Positions 41,535-50,749 of a stretch of 64,000 nt of DNA are shown here, in pieces. The notes beneath the pieces were generated by a model. That model did not search any database. It saw only the letters and a list, made by a program, of their open reading frames with translations, and was not told where the DNA came from. The position numbers were made by a program, and so were the translations under genes. This DNA comes from Nitrospirota bacterium (GTDB lineage: Bacteria > Nitrospirota > Nitrospiria > 2-01-FULL-66-17), in the NCBI GenBank assembly GCA_049325335.1, contig JBMOMC010000043.1, positions 341,852 through 405,851 of the forward strand, read 5' to 3'. How positions within the stretch are numbered: the stretch's first letter is position 1; the number at the start of each line of letters is the position of its first letter.

Positions 41535-43336
41535 CCAGGACCAGGACGTCTTCGATCCGGGGCCGTCTCACGGCCATCGTGATTGCCGCCACGTTGCTGG
41601 CGGTCGGCGTGGTGGCGGTGCTGATGTACGTGATCGGCGATTTGTCTCGCACCGTGCAGGAGTTGGACCGACTCACGGTCCGCGTCGAACTGACGAATCG
41701 CCTCCAATTGGAACTCAGCCGGCTGTTGATCCCCCTCAATGCCTACTTGCTCACGGAAGACCTGTCCCGTCGTGACGCGTTCGATCAATCGATCGAGGAG
41801 ATTTCCCGCCTTTTGAACGACTTGCCGCGGGACCAGGCCGACGGCCAATGGCGAACCGTGGCCCAGGAGGTTCAGGGCCGCGTGACCCAGCTCAGTCTGT
41901 TGGCCGTGGAGGTCCTGTTCGTCGACCAACCGCTCGGCAACCCGCAGGTGATCCGACTCATGGACCGAGTCAATCGGTTGTCGGATGACACGATCAGTCA
42001 GGCCGCGCGCTTTCATGAATTGGCCGCACAGGAGATCGAAGCGCGACGGCAGCGCGCGGCGATCCAGTCCGTGCAGGTGAACCGGTTGCTGGCCGGAGTG
42101 GTGATTCTGGCGCCGCTGGCGCTCGTCGTGTTCTATCTGCTATTGACCCGGTGGGTGACGGTGCGCTTGAGCGCGCTCTCGCAGGGTGTGTTGGCCCTCC
42201 GATCCGGCCGCGCCGCGCGCCTGCCCGTGCACGCGCGCGACGAGATGGGCGAGGTCGCGGGCGCGATCAACGAACTGGCCGACCATCTCGCGGTTTCGCG
42301 CGAGGAGGCGCAGCGACGGACGCGCCAATTGGAGGCGGTGTACCGGGCCAATCAAACGTTGAGCAAGCAAAGTTCGCGCGAGGGGCTGTTCCACTCGCTC
42401 ACTGCGCTGGTACGATCCGAACTCAATATTCCATACGCGGCGCTGGCGGTGTTCGACGAGCGTGGGCAACTCGACCAGTTGATCGAGTCCGGCGTGCCCC
42501 CCGTGCTGCGTTGGAGCGAGCCGGATCGGCGGGCCATGATCGCCCTCCTGCCGCGTGAAGACCGGCCGTTGCGGTTCGCCAACCACGAGTCCGAGACGTG
42601 GATGCCGCGAGTCCCCGGTCCACCGGTGACGTCGCTGATGGCCGTCCCGGTGTTGGTCGAATCGCGCCAGCGGGCGTGGTTATATCTGTTCCAAACCCGT
42701 GACGAGACGTTCTCCGACGAGGACGAGGGCCTCGTGTTGACGATCGCCGCGGACGCCGGCCAGTCGCTCAAGGTGATCGCGTTACACGAGGAGGCCGAAC
42801 GGTTGGCGTCGATCGACGCGCTGACCGGGTTCATCAATCGAGCCGCGTTTGAAGACCGGCTCGGCCAGGAATTTTCCCGCGGGGCGCGCCACGGCCGTCC
42901 GTTCGCGTTGGTGTTCATCGACTTGGATCACCTCAAGACGATCAACGATCGCTTCGGCCACGCGGTCGGCGACGCCGCGATTCGTCGCTTCTGCGACGCG
43001 ATCCGCGACGTCATTCGCGCGACCGACGTGGTCGGGCGATACGGGGGGGACGAAATCCTGGTGCTCATGCCGGAGACCGATCTGCGCGAGGCCCTGCAGG
43101 CGGGCAACCGTATCTTGTCCCGGGTGGTCGGTTCTCCCCTTGCCGTGGAGCGCGAGCAAGTCGCGCTCTCGGCCAGCATCGGCATCGCGATCTTTCCCGA
43201 GCACGGCCGCGACAAGGAGGCGTTGTTACGGGCGGCCGACTTCGCGCTGTACCAGGCGAAAGCTGCGGGACGCGGACGCGTTCATGCCGTCACCCCGTCG
43301 GCGCCCCGCGCCGCCGATGGGTCGCAAGCGGCGTAA
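41531..43336 (+). CDS. Membrane diguanylate cyclase (TM-4HB-TM-HAMP-GAF-GGDEF)
   Basis: DALTG, DLDHLKTINDRFGH, RATD I-site, RYGGDEI, AD.ALY.AK. Confidence 0.9.
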   Translation: MTRTRTSSIRGRLTAIVIAATLLAVGVVAVLMYVIGDLSRTVQELDRLTVRVELTNRLQLELSRLLIPLNAYLLTEDLSRRDAFDQSIEEISRLLNDLPRDQADGQWRTVAQEVQGRVTQLSLLAVEVLFVDQPLGNPQVIRLMDRVNRLSDDTISQAARFHELAAQEIEARRQRAAIQSVQVNRLLAGVVILAPLALVVFYLLLTRWVTVRLSALSQGVLALRSGRAARLPVHARDEMGEVAGAINELADHLAVSREEAQRRTRQLEAVYRANQTLSKQSSREGLFHSLTALVRSELNIPYAALAVFDERGQLDQLIESGVPPVLRWSEPDRRAMIALLPREDRPLRFANHESETWMPRVPGPPVTSLMAVPVLVESRQRAWLYLFQTRDETFSDEDEGLVLTIAADAGQSLKVIALHEEAERLASIDALTGFINRAAFEDRLGQEFSRGARHGRPFALVFIDLDHLKTINDRFGHAVGDAAIRRFCDAIRDVIRATDVVGRYGGDEILVLMPETDLREALQAGNRILSRVVGSPLAVEREQVALSASIGIAIFPEHGRDKEALLRAADFALYQAKAAGRGRVHAVTPSAPRAADGSQAA

Positions 43337-43465
43337 TTTCCCGCGCCGAACGGACGGCGCGTTGCTCCGCTCCCCGTAGTGTCGCCTGCGGCGACGGTTT
43401 TCAGGCGCACCCTTGGCGCGCTGCGCGTTTGACAGACTTCCGCCGCCTTCGCTACAATCCGCCGC

Positions 43466-44101
43466 ATGTCGATAATCCCTTGGAAGTCCGTTGGTTCGAT
43501 GGCGTGGGCAGTGACCGTGTCGCTGCCCATGGTGTTTGGGCCGGTTGCCTGCGAGAAGAAAGAGTCCGCCCCATCGTCCGAAGTTCCCGCGCCGCCGGCC
43601 GCCTCGGGGGAGTCCGCCGCGCCGCCGGATCCTCAAGTCGCGAAGGCGATGGAGGAGATCGTCCAATACCGTCAGCGGGTGGCCCAAAACCCGAACGACG
43701 TGGAAGCATTGGCCGCGCTGGGCACCGTCAATCTCATGTTGCAGCGCCCTGACCACGCGAAAGAATGGTTTGAACGCGTGCTGAAGGTTGATCCGAATCG
43801 CAAGGACACGCGGATCGATCTGGCCATTGCGCTTCGGTATTTGCAGCAATCCGACGAGGCGATCAAACAGCTCAACCTTGTTCTGGCCAAAGACCCCAAG
43901 AATGCCGCCGCGCTGTTTAATGCGGGCATCATTCTGCTCGAGGACAAAAAAGATCAACCCGCGGCGATTGCCAAGTGGGAAGCACTGATGAAAGCGTACC
44001 CCGACGACCCTCGGGTGCCCCAGCTCCGTCAGATGGTCGAGGGGCTGAAACACCCGACCGCCGCCGCGCCGCCCACGCCAGCGGCTCCTTCCGGCGGCTG
44101 A
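43466..44101 (+). CDS. TPR lipoprotein
   Basis: Lipobox PVAC, Pro-rich linker and TPRs (NPNDVEALAALG, DPKNAAALFNAG). Promoter TTGACA(43429)-18-TACAAT(43453). Confidence 0.82.
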   Translation: MSIIPWKSVGSMAWAVTVSLPMVFGPVACEKKESAPSSEVPAPPAASGESAAPPDPQVAKAMEEIVQYRQRVAQNPNDVEALAALGTVNLMLQRPDHAKEWFERVLKVDPNRKDTRIDLAIALRYLQQSDEAIKQLNLVLAKDPKNAAALFNAGIILLEDKKDQPAAIAKWEALMKAYPDDPRVPQLRQMVEGLKHPTAAAPPTPAAPSGG

Positions 44102-44130
44102 CGTCGTCGCGTGGCCCGGTCCGCATCCAC

Positions 44131-44217
44131 GCCGGTGTGGCGGAATCGGCAGACGCAAGGGACTTAAAATCCCTCGGGGGCAACCCCATCCCGGTTCGAT
44201 CCCGGGCGCCGGCACCA
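44131..44217 (+). tRNA. tRNA-Leu (anticodon UAA)
   Basis: Acceptor GCCGGTG/CGCCGGC+ACCA; D loop GGCGGAATCGGCAGAC; anticodon arm AGGGA-CTTAAAA-TCCCT; long variable arm; GTTCGATC. Confidence 0.96.
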
Positions 44218-44256
44218 TCCCAGCACGTGTGCGAGACCTGGATATAACGATCCGGA

Positions 44257-44778
44257 ATGCTGCGCGCGATTCTTAAACTCCTCACGGTCCTGAACTCCGA
44301 GGCCGAACCCGGCCAGATCAGCCTCGCGGTGGCGTTCTCGCTCATCGTGGGGCTGACGCCGCTGTGGAGTCTGCATAACCTACTGGTCCTCTTGATCGTA
44401 TTGCTCCTGCGCGTGAATCTGTCCGCGTTCCTGCTGGGCACCGCGGTCTTCTCAGGTCTCGCCTATCTAGTCGATCCGTTGTTTCACAGCGTGGGCCTCG
44501 CTGTGTTGACCGCGCCGTCACTCGAAGGGTTGTGGACCGCGCTGTACAACTCCACGTTGTGGCGGATCGAACGGTTCAACAATTCCATCGTCATGGGTAG
44601 CCTGCTTGTTTCGCTCGCGCTCTTCCTGCCGACAGTCCTCATGTTCAACTGGGCCATCAGGAAATACCGGGAGCGCGTGGTGGCCAAGGTCAAACAGTGG
44701 CGCCTGGTGCAGACCCTCACCGCGACGCGGTTCTTCCAGATGTACCGGTCGTACTCGAACTGGGGCAACGGCTCATGA
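44257..44778 (+). CDS. TIGR03546-like membrane protein
   Basis: LNSE..PGQI, RVN, FNNSIVMGS; coupled to the downstream gene as in the known pair. Confidence 0.8.
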   Translation: MLRAILKLLTVLNSEAEPGQISLAVAFSLIVGLTPLWSLHNLLVLLIVLLLRVNLSAFLLGTAVFSGLAYLVDPLFHSVGLAVLTAPSLEGLWTALYNSTLWRIERFNNSIVMGSLLVSLALFLPTVLMFNWAIRKYRERVVAKVKQWRLVQTLTATRFFQMYRSYSNWGNGS

Positions 44779-46523
44779 AGTGGGTGCGCTGGCCGGGGCT
44801 GATTGCGTTCCTCGTGATCGTGGCCATCGGCGCGGCCGTGTGGTGGCTGGTGGTGGATGCGCTGGTCAAGCGTGGGATCGAAGCCGTCGGGACCAAGATC
44901 GTCGGCGCCAAGGTCGAATTGGCCAAGGCCGACGTCACGCTGATTCCGCTGGGCATTGAACTGCGGCGCCTGCAAGTGACCAATCCGGATGAGCCCATGC
45001 GCAACGCGGTGGAGATCACCCGCATGGCGTTCGGCATGGAAGCGCTGCAACTGCTGCGGCGCAAGGCGATCATCGACGAGATGGCCATCGACGGGATGCA
45101 GTTCAATACCGTGCGGCAGACCTCGGGCGCGATCGTTCGCCCGGCCGAGAAGAAAGAAGCGGAGAAACCGGGCGGTTCGTTCATCGACCTGCCCTCGCTC
45201 GACCTGCCGAGCGCGAAGGACGTGGTGGCCCGGGAAGATTTGGAGTCGCTCCAGGCAGTGGCCGCAGTGCGCGCCGAGATCGAGTCCGGCCGTCAACGCT
45301 GGAAGCAGCGAATCTCGGAGACCGTGGACAAGACCAAGTTGGATGACTTTAAGCGCCGGGCCGACGAGATCAAGAAATCCGCCAAGGGCGGAGTGGACGC
45401 GCTGTTGGGCAACGTGGGCGAGGCGGCTCAACTCCGAAAAGACGTCAAGAACGAGTTGGACACGATCAAGGGTGCGCGCGAAGACTTGGCCAAGGACTTG
45501 GCCGCGTTCAAGCGCCGGGTCGAAGAGGCCACTGCCGCGCCGCAGGCGGATCTCAAGCGGCTCAAAGAAAAATACGCCCTGTCCGCCGGGGGCATGGCGA
45601 ACGTGGCGGCCGCGCTCTTTGGTGGGGAAATCGGCTCGTGGGCCAAGACCAGCGCCGTATGGTACGAGCGCCTGCAACCCCTGCTGGCCAGCGCGAGCAG
45701 CAGCGGCCCCGAGCAGGTCAAGCCACTACGTGGCAAGGGCGTGGACGTGAAGTTCCGGGAGCGCCAACCCTTGCCGGACTTTTTGATCCGCACTGCGCGG
45801 GTTTCCGTCGAGATTCCGGCGGGCGTCGTGGTCGGTCAAGTGCGCCAAATCACCACGGATCAAGACATCCTGGGCGCGCCCACGACATTCGAGTTCGCGG
45901 GCGACAAGCTCGAACAATTACGATCCGTGGCGCTGCGCGGGGAAATCAATCGCGTGCATCCCGACCAACCTCGCGACACGGTCACGCTCAACGCGGATGG
46001 TTACGCCATCCAACGCGCCGTGCTCTCGAACAGCCCTAAGTGGCCGGTGGTGCTCGACGGCGCCGAGGCGGACGTGGACCTGAAAGCCGTGGTCGCGAAC
46101 GGCGCGCTTGACGCCACCGTCGATTCAAAACTCTCCGGCGTGCACTTCTCAACCGGCGATCACAAAGCCGAAGGCCGTATGGCCGAAGCCATCGCCTCCG
46201 CGCTGGCCGACGTCAAAGCATTTCATCTTGTTGCCACGGTTACGGGCACGACACAGAACCCGGACGTGAAGGTGACGTCCGATCTGGATTCCGTGCTCAA
46301 GAACGCCGTGGGCAAGATGATGACGGAACAGGCCGCGCGCTTGGAGGCAGATCTTAAAGCCGCGATCGCCGAGCGCGTCAATGGCCCGCTGGAGGACCTG
46401 AAGAAACAACTCGCCGGGTTTGGCGGGGTGGGCGACGATCTGGCGTCGCGTAGCGAGGCGCTCAATAACCTGCTCAACGAAAAACTCGCGCCCAAGGTCA
46501 AAGGGCTGAAGCTGCCGTTTTAG
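44775..46523 (+). CDS. TIGR03545-like (AsmA-like N-terminus) protein
   Basis: RWPGL N-terminal anchor, GAKVEL, LQVTNPDEPM.N, central coiled coil, PDFLIR, SDLD. Confidence 0.8.
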   Translation: MKWVRWPGLIAFLVIVAIGAAVWWLVVDALVKRGIEAVGTKIVGAKVELAKADVTLIPLGIELRRLQVTNPDEPMRNAVEITRMAFGMEALQLLRRKAIIDEMAIDGMQFNTVRQTSGAIVRPAEKKEAEKPGGSFIDLPSLDLPSAKDVVAREDLESLQAVAAVRAEIESGRQRWKQRISETVDKTKLDDFKRRADEIKKSAKGGVDALLGNVGEAAQLRKDVKNELDTIKGAREDLAKDLAAFKRRVEEATAAPQADLKRLKEKYALSAGGMANVAAALFGGEIGSWAKTSAVWYERLQPLLASASSSGPEQVKPLRGKGVDVKFRERQPLPDFLIRTARVSVEIPAGVVVGQVRQITTDQDILGAPTTFEFAGDKLEQLRSVALRGEINRVHPDQPRDTVTLNADGYAIQRAVLSNSPKWPVVLDGAEADVDLKAVVANGALDATVDSKLSGVHFSTGDHKAEGRMAEAIASALADVKAFHLVATVTGTTQNPDVKVTSDLDSVLKNAVGKMMTEQAARLEADLKAAIAERVNGPLEDLKKQLAGFGGVGDDLASRSEALNNLLNEKLAPKVKGLKLPF

Positions 46524-46564
46524 GAGTGCTTAATCGATGCCCGGCCGTCATAAGCACGGCCGCC

Positions 46565-46625
46565 TGGTTGCCCGCCTGCGCGGGCGTGACAGTACTTGTC
46601 GTCATTCCCGCCCGTGCGGGAATCC
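46565..46625. repeat. Pair of inverted REP-like units (GTCAT-CCCGC..GCGGG-ATCC type)
   Basis: TGGTTGCCCGCCTGCGCGGGCGTGAC (46565-46590) and GTCATTCCCGCCCGTGCGGGAATCC (46601-46625). Confidence 0.6.
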
Positions 46626-46779
46626 GGAGATCGTGGCATTGAGGTGTGGACTGAAGGCTGCTGGTGAGCGGCAGAAAACGGATCAGATCCCGTTTTCCTC
46701 TTACTAAACCAATTTTGTGCGGTATAAGGTATAAAACAGGAAATTGCTCTGTTCGCCACGAAAAATCATATAGATAACG

Positions 46780-48228
46780 ATGCCGGCTAAGGACAAAAAG
46801 CCAACCAAAGACCTGGAAACGCTGCTGGCGCCGTATAACCCGTGGTGGGTGGAGCCGCGTGGCGTCTGGCGTGACAATTTGCCGGAGTATCAACGGCCCG
46901 TGGTGCGGGAGCTGCTAGCCGATCTCGCCGAGTTGCCGCAGATGATTTCCATCACCGGGCCTCGCCGCGTGGGCAAAACAACCGCCCTCAAGCAGGTCAT
47001 TCGTCACTTGTTGGATCACGAAAGCGTCGAGCCCGGTCGCATTCTCTATTTCTCGTTCGACGATCCGGAGGTGTACGGTTCGCCCGATCTCCAGCGGACA
47101 CTCTTCGAGCAACTCGTGACGCATGCTGGGGTGAAGCCGGGGCATGCAGGACGCTGCTATTTTTTCCTGGACGAAATCCAGCGCCTCCCAAAATGGGAAC
47201 TACATCTTAAGAAATACTACGACCTCAAGTATCCCATTCGCGTTACCGTCTCAGGTTCGGCCTCTTCGCCGATTTTCCGAAGCTCGCAGGAAAGTTTGCT
47301 TGGGCGCATCAAAGACCGCCACCTCTTGCCGTTCGGTTTCCGTGAATATTGTCAGTATCACCTGCGCGACCGGCCGCAATTTGCCACGACGCTTGATCGG
47401 TACGCCAATCTGCGTGGTCTTCTGATGGAAGGCAAGGGCACGGAGGTAGTGCAATTCGTGAACGCCATGCATGAGGCGTTCACACCGTTCGAATCCGAGC
47501 TCACCCGCGCAGTTGTCAGCTACTGCCGCGAAGGCGGGTTCCCCGAAGTCTGGAGCCTCCCCGATCCCGTGCGTAAGATGGAGTACCTGATGGAGCAGCA
47601 GGTGCGCAAGGTCCTCTATGAGGACCTCATGGCGCTCACGCAGTACCGCAAGCCGGAGAACGTGCTGCGCTTCTTCGTGTATCTGCTGGCCCATCCGGGT
47701 ATCGAGATCAACATGTCCACGGTGGCGCGTGACGCCGGCGTGGAGCGGCGCGTGGTGGACGAGAATCTCCCGCGCCTTGAAATGACCGACCTCGTCATCC
47801 GCATCCGGAAATTCAGCCACAAGCCGCTGCGTGTTCGCCAGGGGAATATCAAGTGTTACCCGGTGGATCTTGCGCTGCGCAACGCGGTGCTCAAGACCTG
47901 GGACGACTTTACGCAGAACCCGACGATGATGGGCCTCTACGCGGAAAATCTCGTCGCGCACGAACTCAGGAAATGGCCGGAGGCGATCGAGGTGACGTAT
48001 TACCGCGAAAAGGCGCAAGAGGTGGATTTCGTCGTCACACACGGTGGCGCGCGCTACCTGCCCCTGGAAGTGAAACACCGTACGGCGACCGCGGCGGTTT
48101 CGGGGCTGCGGCATTTTCTCAAGAAATTTCGGCTCGATTTTGGCGTCGTCATCACGCGCGATCGCGATTGTCGCTTCGAGCACAGCATCCTTCACTTGCC
48201 GCTTCGATATTTTCTACTCGCGAACTGA
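46780..48228 (+). CDS. AAA+ ATPase with C-terminal DUF4143 (PD-(D/E)xK-like) domain
   Basis: GPRRVGKTT, FLDEIQ, SGS, GGFPE, EN.V, EVDFV..PLEVK. Confidence 0.88.
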   Translation: MPAKDKKPTKDLETLLAPYNPWWVEPRGVWRDNLPEYQRPVVRELLADLAELPQMISITGPRRVGKTTALKQVIRHLLDHESVEPGRILYFSFDDPEVYGSPDLQRTLFEQLVTHAGVKPGHAGRCYFFLDEIQRLPKWELHLKKYYDLKYPIRVTVSGSASSPIFRSSQESLLGRIKDRHLLPFGFREYCQYHLRDRPQFATTLDRYANLRGLLMEGKGTEVVQFVNAMHEAFTPFESELTRAVVSYCREGGFPEVWSLPDPVRKMEYLMEQQVRKVLYEDLMALTQYRKPENVLRFFVYLLAHPGIEINMSTVARDAGVERRVVDENLPRLEMTDLVIRIRKFSHKPLRVRQGNIKCYPVDLALRNAVLKTWDDFTQNPTMMGLYAENLVAHELRKWPEAIEVTYYREKAQEVDFVVTHGGARYLPLEVKHRTATAAVSGLRHFLKKFRLDFGVVITRDRDCRFEHSILHLPLRYFLLAN

Positions 48229-48322
48229 GGGGAGATGCGTGAAGGCAGTAATCACCATGTCGCCAACAGGCCAAAAAGTAGATCCGTGCCGTGGTTAGCT
48301 ACTCAGCCAACAATAAAATATC

Positions 48323-50749
48323 TTGATCGTGGCTCCTCTGACCGATAAGGAGAAACGCGAACTGCTCCGGCTAATTGAGGCCGGGGAGCCGTTGCCCGAG
48401 AAATGGCGCGGCCGGTTGTTCCCCGGAGGCGTAAGGGGGCCGGAGGTGGGGAAGGAATACCGGCTGGTCTATGACGGCAAGGCGCGGCGGGAGGAGGTGC
48501 TGGCGCAGACGCCGGCGGCGCCGTGGCAACTCGTCCGGCAGTTCTGCACTGAGCGCCCGCATCCGGATGGCTGGCGCAACCTGCTCGTGTGGGGCGACAA
48601 CCTGTTGGCGTTGCGCGAGTTGCTCGCCGACCAGCAGGGACCGAACCGCTTCGGCACGCGCGGCAAGATCCGCCTGATCTACATCGACCCGCCATTCGCC
48701 ACGCGGCAGGACTTCATGAAGGACAAGGAAAAGGCCTACCGCGACAAGGTGCTTGGTTCGCAGTTCATCGAGTTCCTCCGCCGACGGCTCATCCTCCTTC
48801 GCGAACTCCTTGCCGATGACGGCAGCATCTACGTCCACCTCGACTTCAAGAAGGGACACTATATTAAGGCAGTCCTCGATGAAGTCTTCGGTGAAGAAAA
48901 CTTCGTAAACGAGATCGTGTGGCAACGTTCCACGGCACACAACATGCGCACTAAAGGGTGGACGCGGTGCAATGATACATTGCTCTTTTATCGTAGGAAC
49001 GACCGTTTCGTCTTCAACGAGCAATTCGTTGGTTACAGCGCCGAGCAATTGGCCCGTTATAAGCGGGACGAAAACGGTGAACTCTACAAGGGCGAGAATC
49101 TCACCTTTTCTGGAGTAAATAAGGCCCGCCAGTTCACCTGGCGTGGGAGTAAGCCGCCTGCAAATCGCTCATGGGGAGCGGACGAGGACCAACTTGAACG
49201 TTGGTGGGCGGAGGGGCGCATCCTCAAGAAGCAGGACGGTAGCCCCCGCCTCGATGGACTCAAGATTTTTTTGAAGGAAACGAAAGGCGGCAGCCCCGTT
49301 ACGACGAATTGGACGGACATAGAGCGAATCGGTAACACGTCGGAAGAGCGCACGGATTACCCGACTCAGAAGCCTGAACAACTTCTGGGACGCATCATTC
49401 GCGCCTCTTCTAACGAAGGCGATATCATCCTCGACTGCTTCTCCGGCAGCGGCACGACAGCGGCGGTAGCCGAGAAGCTGGGGCGGCGTTGGATCGCGAT
49501 GGATTGCGGCAAGCTGGCGATCTATACGGCGCAGAAACGCCTGTTCTCCCTCACCACCACCATCGGTGCGGTCAAGAAGGACGACCGGAGCGAACCCGAT
49601 CGCGTGGAGGATTGGGGTGAGCATCTCAAAGAGGCGCCCGGTGTTCTCCTCATTACCGAGAAAGCCCGCAAAGGCGAATGCGAGGTGACGCTCGACCTCC
49701 TCGAAGACCTCGCCGCGCTGGTCAAAAAGCACGACCTCATTAAGAAGGATGCCGCGGTCTCGCTCGTCTGTCCCAAGGACAAGTTGAGTATTCCGGGATC
49801 GAAACTTCAAGACACTGACGAAGGCCCCGGCGCCAAGCGAATCAAGGTCAACGGCGTGGAGTTTCGCATCTCGTTCGTGACGGAGAAGGACAAACCGGAG
49901 AAAGACAAGCCCTTGCCGGCGCGGGAGTTCGCGCTGTATCGGGCTGGTGTGTACGACATGGCGGCGATCAAAGCGCTGCCGTGGGCCGAATACCGCCCGT
50001 TCGTGCTAAAGCTTTTCGGCGTGCGCGAACATTCGCACACCCGCTACGGCTTCACACTGGACGGCTACGTGGGCACGCACTCGGCCCTGCTCTGGAATTA
50101 CCCTGACCACAAGAAGCTGACCATCGACCACGGCTACGTGGACGACTTGCACCGCACGCTGCGCGGCAAGCCTGGCGAACGGTTCTACGTCATCGCCCCG
50201 GTTGTGTCGATGGCGTTCGCCGAAGACGAGGTGGTGCGGAACGGCACAACCTACGTCTTCCTCAAGGTGCCAATTTCAGTGCTGCTGAGATTGATCGAGG
50301 CAAAGGAACCCGCGGCGCTGAAGCAACCGACGAAGGAAGCGGACGTGAACGAGGTCATCGACGCGGTCGGCTTCGACTTTATCTCGCAACCTCTGGTGGT
50401 GGTGAAAGCCAAGAAGGAGAAACCGAAAGGCGAGTTGTTCGCGGATTGTGTACTGGAGATCCGCGAGTTTCGTTCGCAGACGCTGGCAACGGACCCGGAG
50501 GACTTCGCCAACTTCGAGACGTTCTCCATGGCCATGGTGGACCTCGACTATGACGGCGACGTCTTCCGGCTGGGCCGGGTTTTCTGGGCTGACGACCTAT
50601 TGAAAGATGCGGGCGGGCTGGAGAAGGCCGAGCGGCTGGCGGTGCGAATTCCTGAGCAGGACTTCATCGGAAAGCGCCTGATGGTGATTCTGTCCGACCG
50701 ATATGGAAACGAAAAGACGCTGGTCTTTGAGAAGAAGGATTTCCGATGA
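48323..50749 (+). CDS. mod: Type III restriction-modification DNA methyltransferase
   Basis: GDNL, IYIDPPF, YPTQKPE.LL, DCFSGSGTT; ATGA-coupled to res. Start is TTG 48323 or GTG 48329. Confidence 0.9.
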   Translation: MIVAPLTDKEKRELLRLIEAGEPLPEKWRGRLFPGGVRGPEVGKEYRLVYDGKARREEVLAQTPAAPWQLVRQFCTERPHPDGWRNLLVWGDNLLALRELLADQQGPNRFGTRGKIRLIYIDPPFATRQDFMKDKEKAYRDKVLGSQFIEFLRRRLILLRELLADDGSIYVHLDFKKGHYIKAVLDEVFGEENFVNEIVWQRSTAHNMRTKGWTRCNDTLLFYRRNDRFVFNEQFVGYSAEQLARYKRDENGELYKGENLTFSGVNKARQFTWRGSKPPANRSWGADEDQLERWWAEGRILKKQDGSPRLDGLKIFLKETKGGSPVTTNWTDIERIGNTSEERTDYPTQKPEQLLGRIIRASSNEGDIILDCFSGSGTTAAVAEKLGRRWIAMDCGKLAIYTAQKRLFSLTTTIGAVKKDDRSEPDRVEDWGEHLKEAPGVLLITEKARKGECEVTLDLLEDLAALVKKHDLIKKDAAVSLVCPKDKLSIPGSKLQDTDEGPGAKRIKVNGVEFRISFVTEKDKPEKDKPLPAREFALYRAGVYDMAAIKALPWAEYRPFVLKLFGVREHSHTRYGFTLDGYVGTHSALLWNYPDHKKLTIDHGYVDDLHRTLRGKPGERFYVIAPVVSMAFAEDEVVRNGTTYVFLKVPISVLLRLIEAKEPAALKQPTKEADVNEVIDAVGFDFISQPLVVVKAKKEKPKGELFADCVLEIREFRSQTLATDPEDFANFETFSMAMVDLDYDGDVFRLGRVFWADDLLKDAGGLEKAERLAVRIPEQDFIGKRLMVILSDRYGNEKTLVFEKKDFR

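Noticed and set aside
44131..44217. bldA-like regulatory role of tRNA-Leu(UAA)
   Set aside because: TTA codons occur in ordinary genes here, such as the receptor and fumC, so nothing supports restricted use.
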